Both the position numbers and the translations under genes were made by a program. From positions 1-64,000 of IMG/VR virus record IMGVR_UViG_3300032304_000826: a stretch of DNA of 64,000 nucleotides; one strand, written 5' to 3'. Below are positions 19,366 through 28,057 of the stretch, one piece after another; positions within the stretch are counted from its first letter, which is position 1, and every line of letters begins with the position of its first letter. The DNA comes from a virus. The notes under the pieces are model-generated. The model was not told the origin of the DNA. It saw only the letters and a list, made by a program, of their open reading frames with translations, and made no database searches.

Positions 19366-19892
19366 TGCACTCCTATCCATACTGGGTACTCAGGGTCTCC
19401 CGCAACAAACATAACCCAAACTAACTGCCCGACTTTAGGTACTAGTCGATGTGGTGTGTGCTCCGCTACTCGAGGAGTTTGCTCTTGAGCATCGTTCCAT
19501 TTTTGGGTGGTATTAGCCGCGGTTTTACGTGGGTGTTTAAGGGTACCAGCACCCGCCTTAGCCACAACGGTTAACGCAGGGATAGTCACGGACCCCCCTT
19601 GAGGATCGGCTGCCGTAGTGGCTGTAGTGGTTAATAGGGTTGCAATTTGGGCAGCCGTATGTTCTTCATGGTCAGGGTGATTAGCTACGTTTGTTATTGG
19701 CTGGCAAGACCTAGCCCAACCAGATACTTCTTGACCAGTCGATTGTTGGACCTTTACTTTAATTCTATTTTTCTTTAGGGGGTCGTTTATATCTACGACC
19801 TTAGCCTCGTATATGCCAAAAAACCTAAATCGACCTGTGGGATCCATCCCATAGTCTTGGTCTCTTGTTGTCCACCCTCTACTTGTACTCAT
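19362..19892 (-). CDS. baseplate spike gp5/VgrG OB-fold protein
   Basis: GIYEAKVVDINDP...RIKVKV...WA; VPKVG..VWVMF.AGDPEYPVWIG. Confidence 0.8.
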   Translation of the reverse strand: MSTSRGWTTRDQDYGMDPTGRFRFFGIYEAKVVDINDPLKKNRIKVKVQQSTGQEVSGWARSCQPITNVANHPDHEEHTAAQIATLLTTTATTAADPQGGSVTIPALTVVAKAGAGTLKHPRKTAANTTQKWNDAQEQTPRVAEHTPHRLVPKVGQLVWVMFVAGDPEYPVWIGVQ

Positions 19893-20491
19893 TAATAAAC
19901 TCCAGTCTTGCCATAGGCAGCCCAAGTAACTGGACGCTTAATAATAGAAAAGTCTGGGGCAGCGTCCTCACCAAGATCATTATAAGGCTTAGAGACCGCA
20001 GAGCTTGGAGCTGTAATTCCGTAGTCAGGTTCTAAAATAGAGTTGTTTACTGAAAATGAGTAATCTTGAAGTTTAGATAGGGCCGGTGATATAGCCTGAC
20101 CTGAAAGCTCTCCAGATACGTCTCTTACAGGAATAGCTTTATAGGCGTCTGGATTAGTCTGACCTAAAATGTCTGTTCCAACCTCTAGCTTCATCATATA
20201 TCTTGCTGGGATTCCACCAAATATATGCGTAACTGAAAGAACAGTCCAGTATCCAGACATGCCATCTGGCAGCCCGTCTAAGTAGATAGGCTCATAAGGC
20301 TTAACTAGGCAGTCCCCAATTAAGTTTACCTTTGCTCTATACGCGTATCTTTGAGCGTCAGCAAAGTCATTAGCAATGTACTTACTCTCTGTAAGAGTAG
20401 TGGCTACCTCAAAAACGTTATGTTTATTAAAGGCCGCTTTAGAAGCGCCGCTATTCTTTTTATTTACTTTAGAATATCTAGGGGTGCTCAT
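19892..20491 (-). CDS. baseplate hub (gp27/GpD-like), C-terminal half
   Basis: A...IGD..VKP...I.LDG...MSGYWTVLSVTH; ATGA overlap and SD GGGAGG. Confidence 0.7.
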   Translation of the reverse strand: MSTPRYSKVNKKNSGASKAAFNKHNVFEVATTLTESKYIANDFADAQRYAYRAKVNLIGDCLVKPYEPIYLDGLPDGMSGYWTVLSVTHIFGGIPARYMMKLEVGTDILGQTNPDAYKAIPVRDVSGELSGQAISPALSKLQDYSFSVNNSILEPDYGITAPSSAVSKPYNDLGEDAAPDFSIIKRPVTWAAYGKTGVY

Positions 20492-21354
20492 TGTAAGGCC
20501 TCCCAAGCTTTAAACTCAGCAGAGGTTTCTTCAGTTACAACAACGCCCTTATCCTCAAAGCTAAAATCTTTAAGCTTATGCTTTGTCTCAATAACTGTGC
20601 CTGTTTTTTCGTTATAGCCGGTAACAATTCTGTCTACTCTTGAGCCAAGCTCTGGAGATTCATCTGAAACTATTGGGTCAAACGAAACAACGCTGCCCAT
20701 TGCTCTTTCAAGACGAGTAACCGCCCCACCAAGCTCTTTATCTACATAATTAAAGTATGGGGCTTGATCCTTCTTATTCGCATAGATCTTATTTTTAGAC
20801 ACAAAGATAATGGTCGTATTCTCAACTCTTAGGGCAAACCCAGTCTGCTTAGCGAGTCGACGTAGTAGTTGCCAGTCACTTTGACCAGCTTGAACCACAG
20901 TTTTTCTTACTCTAGGGTGCCTCTGGGTAACAGCTTTCATCCCATACTTAGCAGCAATCTTTGTAACTACCTGATCTGCGGTAACATTCTTATAAATTTT
21001 CTGATCTGTATTCTTTAGTAGGTATGATGAAGCTACGCATAGAATATTTGTATTTTGAGCGTCTGCCTCATTTGTAGGCTCGACTGAGTATACATACCCA
21101 TAGAATGTCTGTTTTATATTATTTGTACTATATATAAACTGAACTGGGTCACCTGAAGAGATAGCCGTGCCGTCAGAGTAAGGCTTGCCCTTAAAATGCA
21201 GCATAAGTCGATCATGCTGATCTCTGTCTTGGTACATCTCCGCGCCTATTAAAATAAGCTCAAATCCAGGAGTCTTAGGAAAAGAGACCTTGTACGAGTT
21301 GTACTCAGCGCTAGATTCCCAGGGGAAAAATTTTCTAGGCCCATTAGTTAGCAT
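20488..21354 (-). CDS. baseplate hub (gp27/GpD-like), N-terminal half
   Basis: Y.NVTADQVV..IA.KYG, Q.GQSDWQLLRRLA..TGF. Confidence 0.8.
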   Translation of the reverse strand: MLTNGPRKFFPWESSAEYNSYKVSFPKTPGFELILIGAEMYQDRDQHDRLMLHFKGKPYSDGTAISSGDPVQFIYSTNNIKQTFYGYVYSVEPTNEADAQNTNILCVASSYLLKNTDQKIYKNVTADQVVTKIAAKYGMKAVTQRHPRVRKTVVQAGQSDWQLLRRLAKQTGFALRVENTTIIFVSKNKIYANKKDQAPYFNYVDKELGGAVTRLERAMGSVVSFDPIVSDESPELGSRVDRIVTGYNEKTGTVIETKHKLKDFSFEDKGVVVTEETSAEFKAWEALQ

Positions 21355-21625
21355 ATGGCACCTTTATCACCGTACCTGGCTCTATAGAAAATGGGTCAGA
21401 GATTAATTGGTTAATCTCTAAAATTTGCCACCAATACTTAGAATGGCCTATAAAATTTTTAGCGATCTCCCCTAAGGAATCTCCATCTTTCCATACATAG
21501 TCAATGTACTTATAGGTAACGTCATTTGGAAAATCTCTAAATACAGAGATAGTATATTCGCCCGTGTACTTGTGTTTAACCTGAGCAAGAGGCCCGTCAT
21601 AATATCTAGATACTCTTTCAATCAT
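21344..21625 (-). CDS. LysM/tail-X-like baseplate protein
   Basis: YVWKDGDSLGEIA...WWQI.E.N..I.DP....PGT.IKVP. Confidence 0.85.
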   Translation of the reverse strand: MIERVSRYYDGPLAQVKHKYTGEYTISVFRDFPNDVTYKYIDYVWKDGDSLGEIAKNFIGHSKYWWQILEINQLISDPFSIEPGTVIKVPYAN

Positions 21626-23382
21626 GGGGTTGTCGCTCCTGTACTTGCAGTTTTACTTGCACTTGGATCAGCATTATTAGCTGTAGCGTCTTCTTTGTTC
21701 TTAGCCTTTAAGAACTCATCAACTGCTGCCCCTGATGGGTATCTCAAGAAGCTAATATTAACAACTGAGAGCATAGGAACCATTTTGTCGGTAAATACTA
21801 CGTGATCTACGGATATATTTTGTAGGGACCCGTAATACCGCATATTATCGTGAAGAACAAACCAAAGGGGTACGCCAGTTATGTATCCCTTATCTGCAGA
21901 CTCTCCGTTGTAAGTTAACAAAGAGTTGCCCTTCATGTCCCTGTTTCCATTAACAGCTCTATACAGATACTCAAGGTCGTACTCAGTACCGCGTAGTAAA
22001 ATGCCCTCAACTTCTTCTTTAGCTAGCTGTCTAGGGTAGTTCTTTGAATACATTGTTGGGGCGCCCTTAAGCGGCATTAACTCAGTCATATCTGCAATTC
22101 TATTTAGATACAGGGTAAAATTAACAGATATATTTCCGGCAATAAGGTTTGCAGGGTCTTGAGTAGACAGGGTCCAGTCAATAGAAGTATTCATAGGTAT
22201 GCTGTAGTTAATGCTTGTAGGGTTATACATAAATTTAAAGCCCCAAATAGGTTTTTTACCTTTTGTTTGTGTTGCAACGTTCATAGCATCTGCAGCACCT
22301 TGACTTTGAAAAATACGCCCAAGGTTGCTTCGACTATCTACAAACTGACTAAACACGCTGTTTGCTTTAAACGTGTCAATAACAATACTCTTGTTATCAC
22401 GAATAGCTGTTTCATAATCAGAAACACGTACTCCATGCGATACGCCTCTAGACACATAGTGTGCAGGAGGATTGTAGGTAATAGAGTCGGTACTAGGTAT
22501 AGTTACAGTACCTTCTTCTGGGCCCGCACTAGGGTTAGGTACCTCAATACAGTTTGCTGCGTTTGCCTCTAATAAGACCTTTTGAGCGGCTTTAGCATTT
22601 GCTTGTTTTACTGGGGATCCAACTAGGGTTCCACCAGTGTCAAACCTATATATGATCCAGCTATTTGCAGCGCCAATAGTTATGCCGCCGCTAGTTACGG
22701 GTTTAAACCCAACTTTTACTGCAACCCATTGGCTTTTACAGGCATCCCACACTATCTGATAATTAAAACTATCAACGTTAGGTACTTCAGAATAGTCGTA
22801 ATATTGTGATCTAGTAATACCTACAGTCGGTACGCTCCAGGTAGTTCCTGGAAACATAGCATCAATAATTAATTTAAAGGGCATAGTTGGCTTAGCAACT
22901 GCAACTGTAAAGTTAATTGTTGGTATCTTTCCCTTGCCGTTTTCGTTAATATTGTCTTTAACTGCGTAGGATCCGACGTTAACGTTTATTTTAGGGGTTG
23001 CTGTAGCGGCTATTTTAGAGCTTACATTAAAGATAAATACTGTTCCTCCAGTAGCAGGTTTTTGTTTTACTCCACTTACTGTTCCTTTAAAGCTTGTTTT
23101 CCAAGAATTAAAGATATTTACTTCAACTCCGCCCTCGTCGTTATCACTTAAAAAATTAAATGGGCTTTTCTTGTACACCCTAATTCTGTATTGAACTGTA
23201 TTTCTGGTACTGACAGATTTACCATCGCTAGGTATTAATACCCACTCACTACTATTGTAGGCGTTAACTTCATCTGGATCATATCCAGGAGTTTTTGGGA
23301 TGGGGGTAGTAGCGGCAATAGGAGAGATGTTTGAGTACTCGTACGCCTGAATACTGTAGTAATAGTCTGCAGCTGACGCCAT
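21622..23382 (-). CDS. tail tube initiator/baseplate protein with long N-terminal extension
   Basis: Lies between tape measure and LysM genes; C-terminal F.FMYNPTSI...VP....V.ISF.R. Confidence 0.6.
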   Translation of the reverse strand: MASAADYYYSIQAYEYSNISPIAATTPIPKTPGYDPDEVNAYNSSEWVLIPSDGKSVSTRNTVQYRIRVYKKSPFNFLSDNDEGGVEVNIFNSWKTSFKGTVSGVKQKPATGGTVFIFNVSSKIAATATPKINVNVGSYAVKDNINENGKGKIPTINFTVAVAKPTMPFKLIIDAMFPGTTWSVPTVGITRSQYYDYSEVPNVDSFNYQIVWDACKSQWVAVKVGFKPVTSGGITIGAANSWIIYRFDTGGTLVGSPVKQANAKAAQKVLLEANAANCIEVPNPSAGPEEGTVTIPSTDSITYNPPAHYVSRGVSHGVRVSDYETAIRDNKSIVIDTFKANSVFSQFVDSRSNLGRIFQSQGAADAMNVATQTKGKKPIWGFKFMYNPTSINYSIPMNTSIDWTLSTQDPANLIAGNISVNFTLYLNRIADMTELMPLKGAPTMYSKNYPRQLAKEEVEGILLRGTEYDLEYLYRAVNGNRDMKGNSLLTYNGESADKGYITGVPLWFVLHDNMRYYGSLQNISVDHVVFTDKMVPMLSVVNISFLRYPSGAAVDEFLKAKNKEDATANNADPSASKTASTGATTP

Positions 23383-26300
23383 TAGTATGTTCCTATTCCG
23401 TTTAAGCGTAGTTCGTCTTCTAATACTTTCTTAAATTTTCTAACCATAGCTTCGGCTTCAGCATTGCTTGCGTGAGCTATCTGTACGTTCATAGTTACGT
23501 TTATGTCATGTTTTGACGCTGTAGAGAAGCTAGACATATTGCGCGAACTATTAACAGCTTGTGAGCCAGTAGTTGCCCCAAGAGACATAGATTGAGCAGA
23601 CCCTACATCGTCTGAGCCACCAATACCTGCGGCTTGTTGTGTCTTTGCTGCGTCATCTAAGAACTTAGTAAACTTACCACTAGTAAAGGTTGTCCAACCC
23701 TTCCAGTGCTTGCCCTGATTACTCTTGTCATAGGCAGCAGCAATATTATAGTCACCATTTTTTAATCTACTGCCATCACGATATGGGTCATTATACTTTT
23801 GCCAATCCTTTAAAGATCTAATTTGGAAGGCGCCGTAGCTTGGGCCCCACTTCTTAGACACTAAATGTTTATCACCAACTGCGTCTGCTCTACCACCGGA
23901 CTCAGCTAAAGCAACAGCAAAAGCAGTCTGAAGAGACTTTCCTCGGAAACCTTTTGCATAGAGCATCTTCATTAAACCGGCTCTACTTCCTCCGGTCATG
24001 CCAGAGCTATCTCCTAAAGTGGGGTCTTCTTGAGAATTAAATAGTGCTGATTTCTTTTTTCCTAGGCCTACTTTACCGCCACCTTTATCTAGGTAGCTAC
24101 TAACATCTTCCCAACCAATAGGGCTTCCAGAGCGTATTTTGCTAGATACTAAAGCACCTAGCTCAGCAGAGTTTAGGTCAGATACTGACCCAAATTTAAA
24201 TGGCGTTCCGCTTCCTGACACATCTGCGTGAGGCAGCTCTTTATCAAACAACCTATTAATTACGCGCTTACCTACGTTAATTCCACTAGTAACCATGTTC
24301 TTAATAAATTGAAACGCTTTGCCAAAGAATGATCTAGGGTCTTTTCTTCCCTGAGCACCAACACCGCCGTGGTCTCTAACCTCAAAGTGAAGGTGGGGGC
24401 CAGTAGATGTTCCGGCGCCTGAAGAGCCCTTAGCTCCACCAGACTTTGCAACTTCTTGTCCGCCTGTAACTTTTTGGCCTTTTTTAACAAGTATCTGACT
24501 AAGGTGAGCGTACATAGTTGATTTGCCACCAGGGTGCTTAATAATTAAATATCGTCCGTATTGACGGTGCATTCCTGTTTCAGAAACTGTTCCATCACCT
24601 GCAGCAGCAATAGAGGTTCCCACAGCTACGCCATAGTCAATACCTGTGTGGTTTGAACTAATGCCTGGGTTTCTTGCGGCAGCTCCTGGACGTGGACCGA
24701 AAGCAGATGTAACTCTAGTGCCTGGTGGAACTGGCATCTGTAGCGTAGCTCCCTTTGAGGTTTGTGTTGAGTCTCCTCCACCCATTCCATGAGAACAGCC
24801 CATTGATCCGTGAGAACATCCTCCGTCACCACCACCAACGCCACCAGTTGCTAAGTTACCAACTCCACCCGCAGCAATACCTGCAAAAGCTCCAGGCACA
24901 CCGCCAGCAGCTAATCCAGTAATTCCACCTTGACCTAAATCAAATGCAAAGTTTCCTAGCCATTTTGCAAAGCCAGGTAAGTTCTTACCTTTTTTATTTA
25001 AATATTGTTGTAGCTTTTCTAGTCCTGCGTATGCGCCTACAGCTAATCCAGCACGGCCAAATTTACCGGCCATAGCTCCTTTACCTAAAACACCTTTAGC
25101 TGCAAACTTACCTTTACCGGTAAGCAAACTCATTAATCCTGCGCCAAGTCCTGCGCCTGCAGCACCTGCTCCGCCTCCACCACCAGCTGCAGCAGCAGCC
25201 GCTCCAGGCCCAATAATTCCAACACGCTTTGCTAAGTTAGCTGCTAGTAACATTTGCCCTATGTTCATTGCGCCACCAGCTGCCATACCGCCAAGACCTG
25301 CTAGAGTACCGCCAGTATTACCTGCGCCAGGGAATGTTTGAAGGGCGCCCTTAAAAGTCATAAGTGCTTGAGTGACTGAGGGCAGTGTTTCAGCTAAACC
25401 ACTAAACCCATCGTTTACAGCTGCAGTAGTTCTAAGGCCTACGTTATAGCCGCCTACTAAGCCAGCTTCTGTAGACTGTAGTTTTCTAGCCTCACTGCTG
25501 TTATATCTAAACTGTGATCTAATAGGGCTATCTTTACCAACACCCATTAAATCTAATGCTTTATTTGAGTTGCTTAAGTCGCCCTTAACTAGTCCGCCGC
25601 CTTTTGAGGCGCGAGCAACAACTCCTGATTGCAGCACTGCTAGGAGGTTAGGGTCTCCACCAGCAACAGCTGCAAGAGATTGATAACCCTTACTGTTTGG
25701 GTTATATACCATCTGTGCTTGAGCAGCAGTTACTTTTCTTCCGCCGTATAAGAAACGGTAAGTGTCATTAATAATTTGGTTTACTGGTCTTTGGTTACCT
25801 TGTGCGTCACGAGTTCTTACGCCCATGCGTAGGAAGTTCATACCATTCATACCAGCAATAGCGCCAGCTACTTGTTCGTTTGAGCCTCCGCTTATTGCGC
25901 TAAGGCCGCCAATTTGTCCCATAACGTTTCGGGAGCTTAAACTATTGGCTAAGTATCCGCCTTGATAGGCAAGGGCTGTAGCAGCCATAGTAGGGCCCAT
26001 AGCGCTTGTAGCACCATTACCTACTTGACGATTTGCAAGACCAAGAGCTTGACGTGTGGACATCCCGCTTCTACCAGCGTAGGTATCCAAAGCCATTCTT
26101 TGTGAAACAGCCGCCATAGTATTTGGGGCCATTGAGTACATCAAGCCACCAACAGCAGCTGTTCCTAAAGCAATACCACCAGCAATTTTTTCAGTACGAG
26201 TAAAGCTTCCTAGGCCCAGCTTATTTTGTCCGGTAAACTTTCCACCGGTAGCCTCAGCCATAGCTTTGGCGGCTCGTTCATAATTTTTGGCCATCTTGTC

Positions 26301-26420
26301 AGATAGATCAACCATGGTCTTCATATCTTTTATGAAGCCCTTACTAGCTTTATCTATCTTACTTGTGGTGCCCGCAGCCTTTTTTTCGTCGTCAGGGGTC
26401 ACCATGTTTTGACCTGCCAT
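23382..26420 (-). CDS. tape measure protein with M23 peptidase and lysozyme/SLT-like domains
   Basis: Ala/Gly-rich helical body; M23 HTGIDY..YAHL..STGPHLHFEV; AVALAESGG...SYGAFQI. Confidence 0.88.
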   Translation of the reverse strand: MAGQNMVTPDDEKKAAGTTSKIDKASKGFIKDMKTMVDLSDKMAKNYERAAKAMAEATGGKFTGQNKLGLGSFTRTEKIAGGIALGTAAVGGLMYSMAPNTMAAVSQRMALDTYAGRSGMSTRQALGLANRQVGNGATSAMGPTMAATALAYQGGYLANSLSSRNVMGQIGGLSAISGGSNEQVAGAIAGMNGMNFLRMGVRTRDAQGNQRPVNQIINDTYRFLYGGRKVTAAQAQMVYNPNSKGYQSLAAVAGGDPNLLAVLQSGVVARASKGGGLVKGDLSNSNKALDLMGVGKDSPIRSQFRYNSSEARKLQSTEAGLVGGYNVGLRTTAAVNDGFSGLAETLPSVTQALMTFKGALQTFPGAGNTGGTLAGLGGMAAGGAMNIGQMLLAANLAKRVGIIGPGAAAAAAGGGGGAGAAGAGLGAGLMSLLTGKGKFAAKGVLGKGAMAGKFGRAGLAVGAYAGLEKLQQYLNKKGKNLPGFAKWLGNFAFDLGQGGITGLAAGGVPGAFAGIAAGGVGNLATGGVGGGDGGCSHGSMGCSHGMGGGDSTQTSKGATLQMPVPPGTRVTSAFGPRPGAAARNPGISSNHTGIDYGVAVGTSIAAAGDGTVSETGMHRQYGRYLIIKHPGGKSTMYAHLSQILVKKGQKVTGGQEVAKSGGAKGSSGAGTSTGPHLHFEVRDHGGVGAQGRKDPRSFFGKAFQFIKNMVTSGINVGKRVINRLFDKELPHADVSGSGTPFKFGSVSDLNSAELGALVSSKIRSGSPIGWEDVSSYLDKGGGKVGLGKKKSALFNSQEDPTLGDSSGMTGGSRAGLMKMLYAKGFRGKSLQTAFAVALAESGGRADAVGDKHLVSKKWGPSYGAFQIRSLKDWQKYNDPYRDGSRLKNGDYNIAAAYDKSNQGKHWKGWTTFTSGKFTKFLDDAAKTQQAAGIGGSDDVGSAQSMSLGATTGSQAVNSSRNMSSFSTASKHDINVTMNVQIAHASNAEAEAMVRKFKKVLEDELRLNGIGTY

Positions 26421-26422
26421 AT

Positions 26423-26581
26423 TTATCTCACCGCCTTAGGTTTCATTGCAGATTTACTTAACCAAATCATTCTCTCTCTAAAAGAAAGAGAACGGATATC
26501 GGATAACGTCCAGCCTGGATAATGCTGAGCTATAAGATCGTAGCTATCTACTAATACGTCGTAACTTGTCTCATTCTCGAA
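26423..26581 (-). CDS. tail assembly chaperone extension (gpGT-like), reached by predicted +1 frameshift
   Basis: FENETSYDVLVDSYDLIAQHYPGWTLSDIRSLSFRERMIWLSKSAMKPKAVR; no usable start of its own; begins at TTT CGA just before the upstream stop. Confidence 0.7.
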   Translation of the reverse strand, partial: FENETSYDVLVDSYDLIAQHYPGWTLSDIRSLSFRERMIWLSKSAMKPKAVR

Positions 26582-27386
26582 ACAAGTCCGCTAGCGTTAG
26601 CGGTAGCGGGACCTCCTGCTCGCAAGCAGAACAGAATTTCTTAACTTCACTGAGTTGTGGGCCTGGGTTGCGGTCTGTTATTGCTGAAAGTATTACTCGT
26701 CGATCCTTGATGCTTAGATCACGGATCTGTTGGACGTTCATTACTGGCATGCCATTAATTGAACCTATGCAGCCTTTGAGCAAGATAGTGTCTAGCTCAG
26801 CTGAGTTCTTATTAGTTGCGTTGACCAGTGCTTTTTGAGTTGTTCCTGTAGGAAGGCTTAGAACTACTTTTCCAACCTTACAGTCAACTGTAAATTCTCT
26901 GTCTTCGTCCCTTAACTTTTTAATCTCAACGTCTTTTTCAAGGTCAATATCAAAAGTCTTTTCTTCTCCGCAGTTAGGGCAAATTGGTCCAACTTTTACG
27001 TCTGGGCCAAACGTAGCGATTCGGATAGCTAACAAGATCATTTCTCGATCTCCTGCAAGAAGAGAATCTAGAGTATCTTTGTCAGCAGGCTTATCGCCAA
27101 CCTTTACTGTGGCTCGTTCTAGGATAGATAAAAGTCCCTTACCAGCATCTGTGATTCTGGCAAGTTGTTCTTCGTCTGCTCCGGTTAATTCTCTAATCTC
27201 TACCGATGTAGTTAGGCCCTCAAAAGGATCTAATAGTCCACCTGGTAGTTCTACCTGAGTATCAGGAGGTGATGGGATTTCTGTTTTTGAGGCAGCTACC
27301 ACCACCTCCTGCTCAGATAAAGCTTGGTTTACAAGCTTATTAGCAAGGGCTGGATCGGCTGATGCACTGATAGTTTCTGTAGACAT
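26571..27386 (-). CDS. tail assembly chaperone / T4 gp26-like hub assembly protein
   Basis: IRELTGADEE, L..GDR..ILLAIR.ATFG, two CxxC; between tube and tape measure genes. Confidence 0.75.
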   Translation of the reverse strand: MSTETISASADPALANKLVNQALSEQEVVVAASKTEIPSPPDTQVELPGGLLDPFEGLTTSVEIRELTGADEEQLARITDAGKGLLSILERATVKVGDKPADKDTLDSLLAGDREMILLAIRIATFGPDVKVGPICPNCGEEKTFDIDLEKDVEIKKLRDEDREFTVDCKVGKVVLSLPTGTTQKALVNATNKNSAELDTILLKGCIGSINGMPVMNVQQIRDLSIKDRRVILSAITDRNPGPQLSEVKKFCSACEQEVPLPLTLADLFRE

Positions 27387-27407
27387 ATAGTTTTCCTATT
27401 CCTTTAA

Positions 27408-28043
27408 TTAAGAACCAAAGGTTCCGTTTGCGTTGAACTTCTTAGCTGAACCGCTGCTTGTGTAGTTTGACCCGAAAGTAACGTCAAACCCTTCATGAAC
27501 TAGAGTCATTTCTTCAACCATAAGAGTTGAAGATCCTGCATCTAGGTTGCTGTACCCAAGAGAGGTAATCCATGCATTGTGTACACGGAAGCGCATAGAT
27601 GCGTGTTGATCATACGCAGTCGCTGCAGCAGTTGTTCCTTCTGAACCAGCATATGCTGCTGGGTTTGGGTGGCTCAATACTGCGATATCAATATCGCAAC
27701 GGAAGTTAGCGCCAATGCCGCTTGTAGCATTTGGTGTTAGTACTGAGAACAGGCGGCGCATCCACTTAGCGTGAGCATCATTTCCCAACATTACGCCCTT
27801 TGAAAGGCTGATTGGGCTGAATGAGCTTTGACCAGGAATCTGGTGCACGTTTGTGTTGTAGCCACCTTCGCGGTACGCGATTGACTCTGTTGTAACGCTT
27901 AGGCCGGAGAGTGAAACAAACCCCATTTTTCCAAATGAAGCTCCCCACTTACCGTCAGCGTTCTCTGGCAGAAACTCAACCACGAACTTAAAATTACGTA
28001 CTGGATCTGTTGCCAGAGTACTTAAGGGGTTAGTGTAAGACAT
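27408..28043 (-). CDS. tail tube protein (T4 gp19-like)
   Basis: DPVRNFKF.V, GF.SLSGL, YREGG, ISLSKG, NAW, VEEMTLVHEG. Confidence 0.92.
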   Translation of the reverse strand: MSYTNPLSTLATDPVRNFKFVVEFLPENADGKWGASFGKMGFVSLSGLSVTTESIAYREGGYNTNVHQIPGQSSFSPISLSKGVMLGNDAHAKWMRRLFSVLTPNATSGIGANFRCDIDIAVLSHPNPAAYAGSEGTTAAATAYDQHASMRFRVHNAWITSLGYSNLDAGSSTLMVEEMTLVHEGFDVTFGSNYTSSGSAKKFNANGTFGS

Positions 28044-28057
28044 TTCTTTTTATCTCC

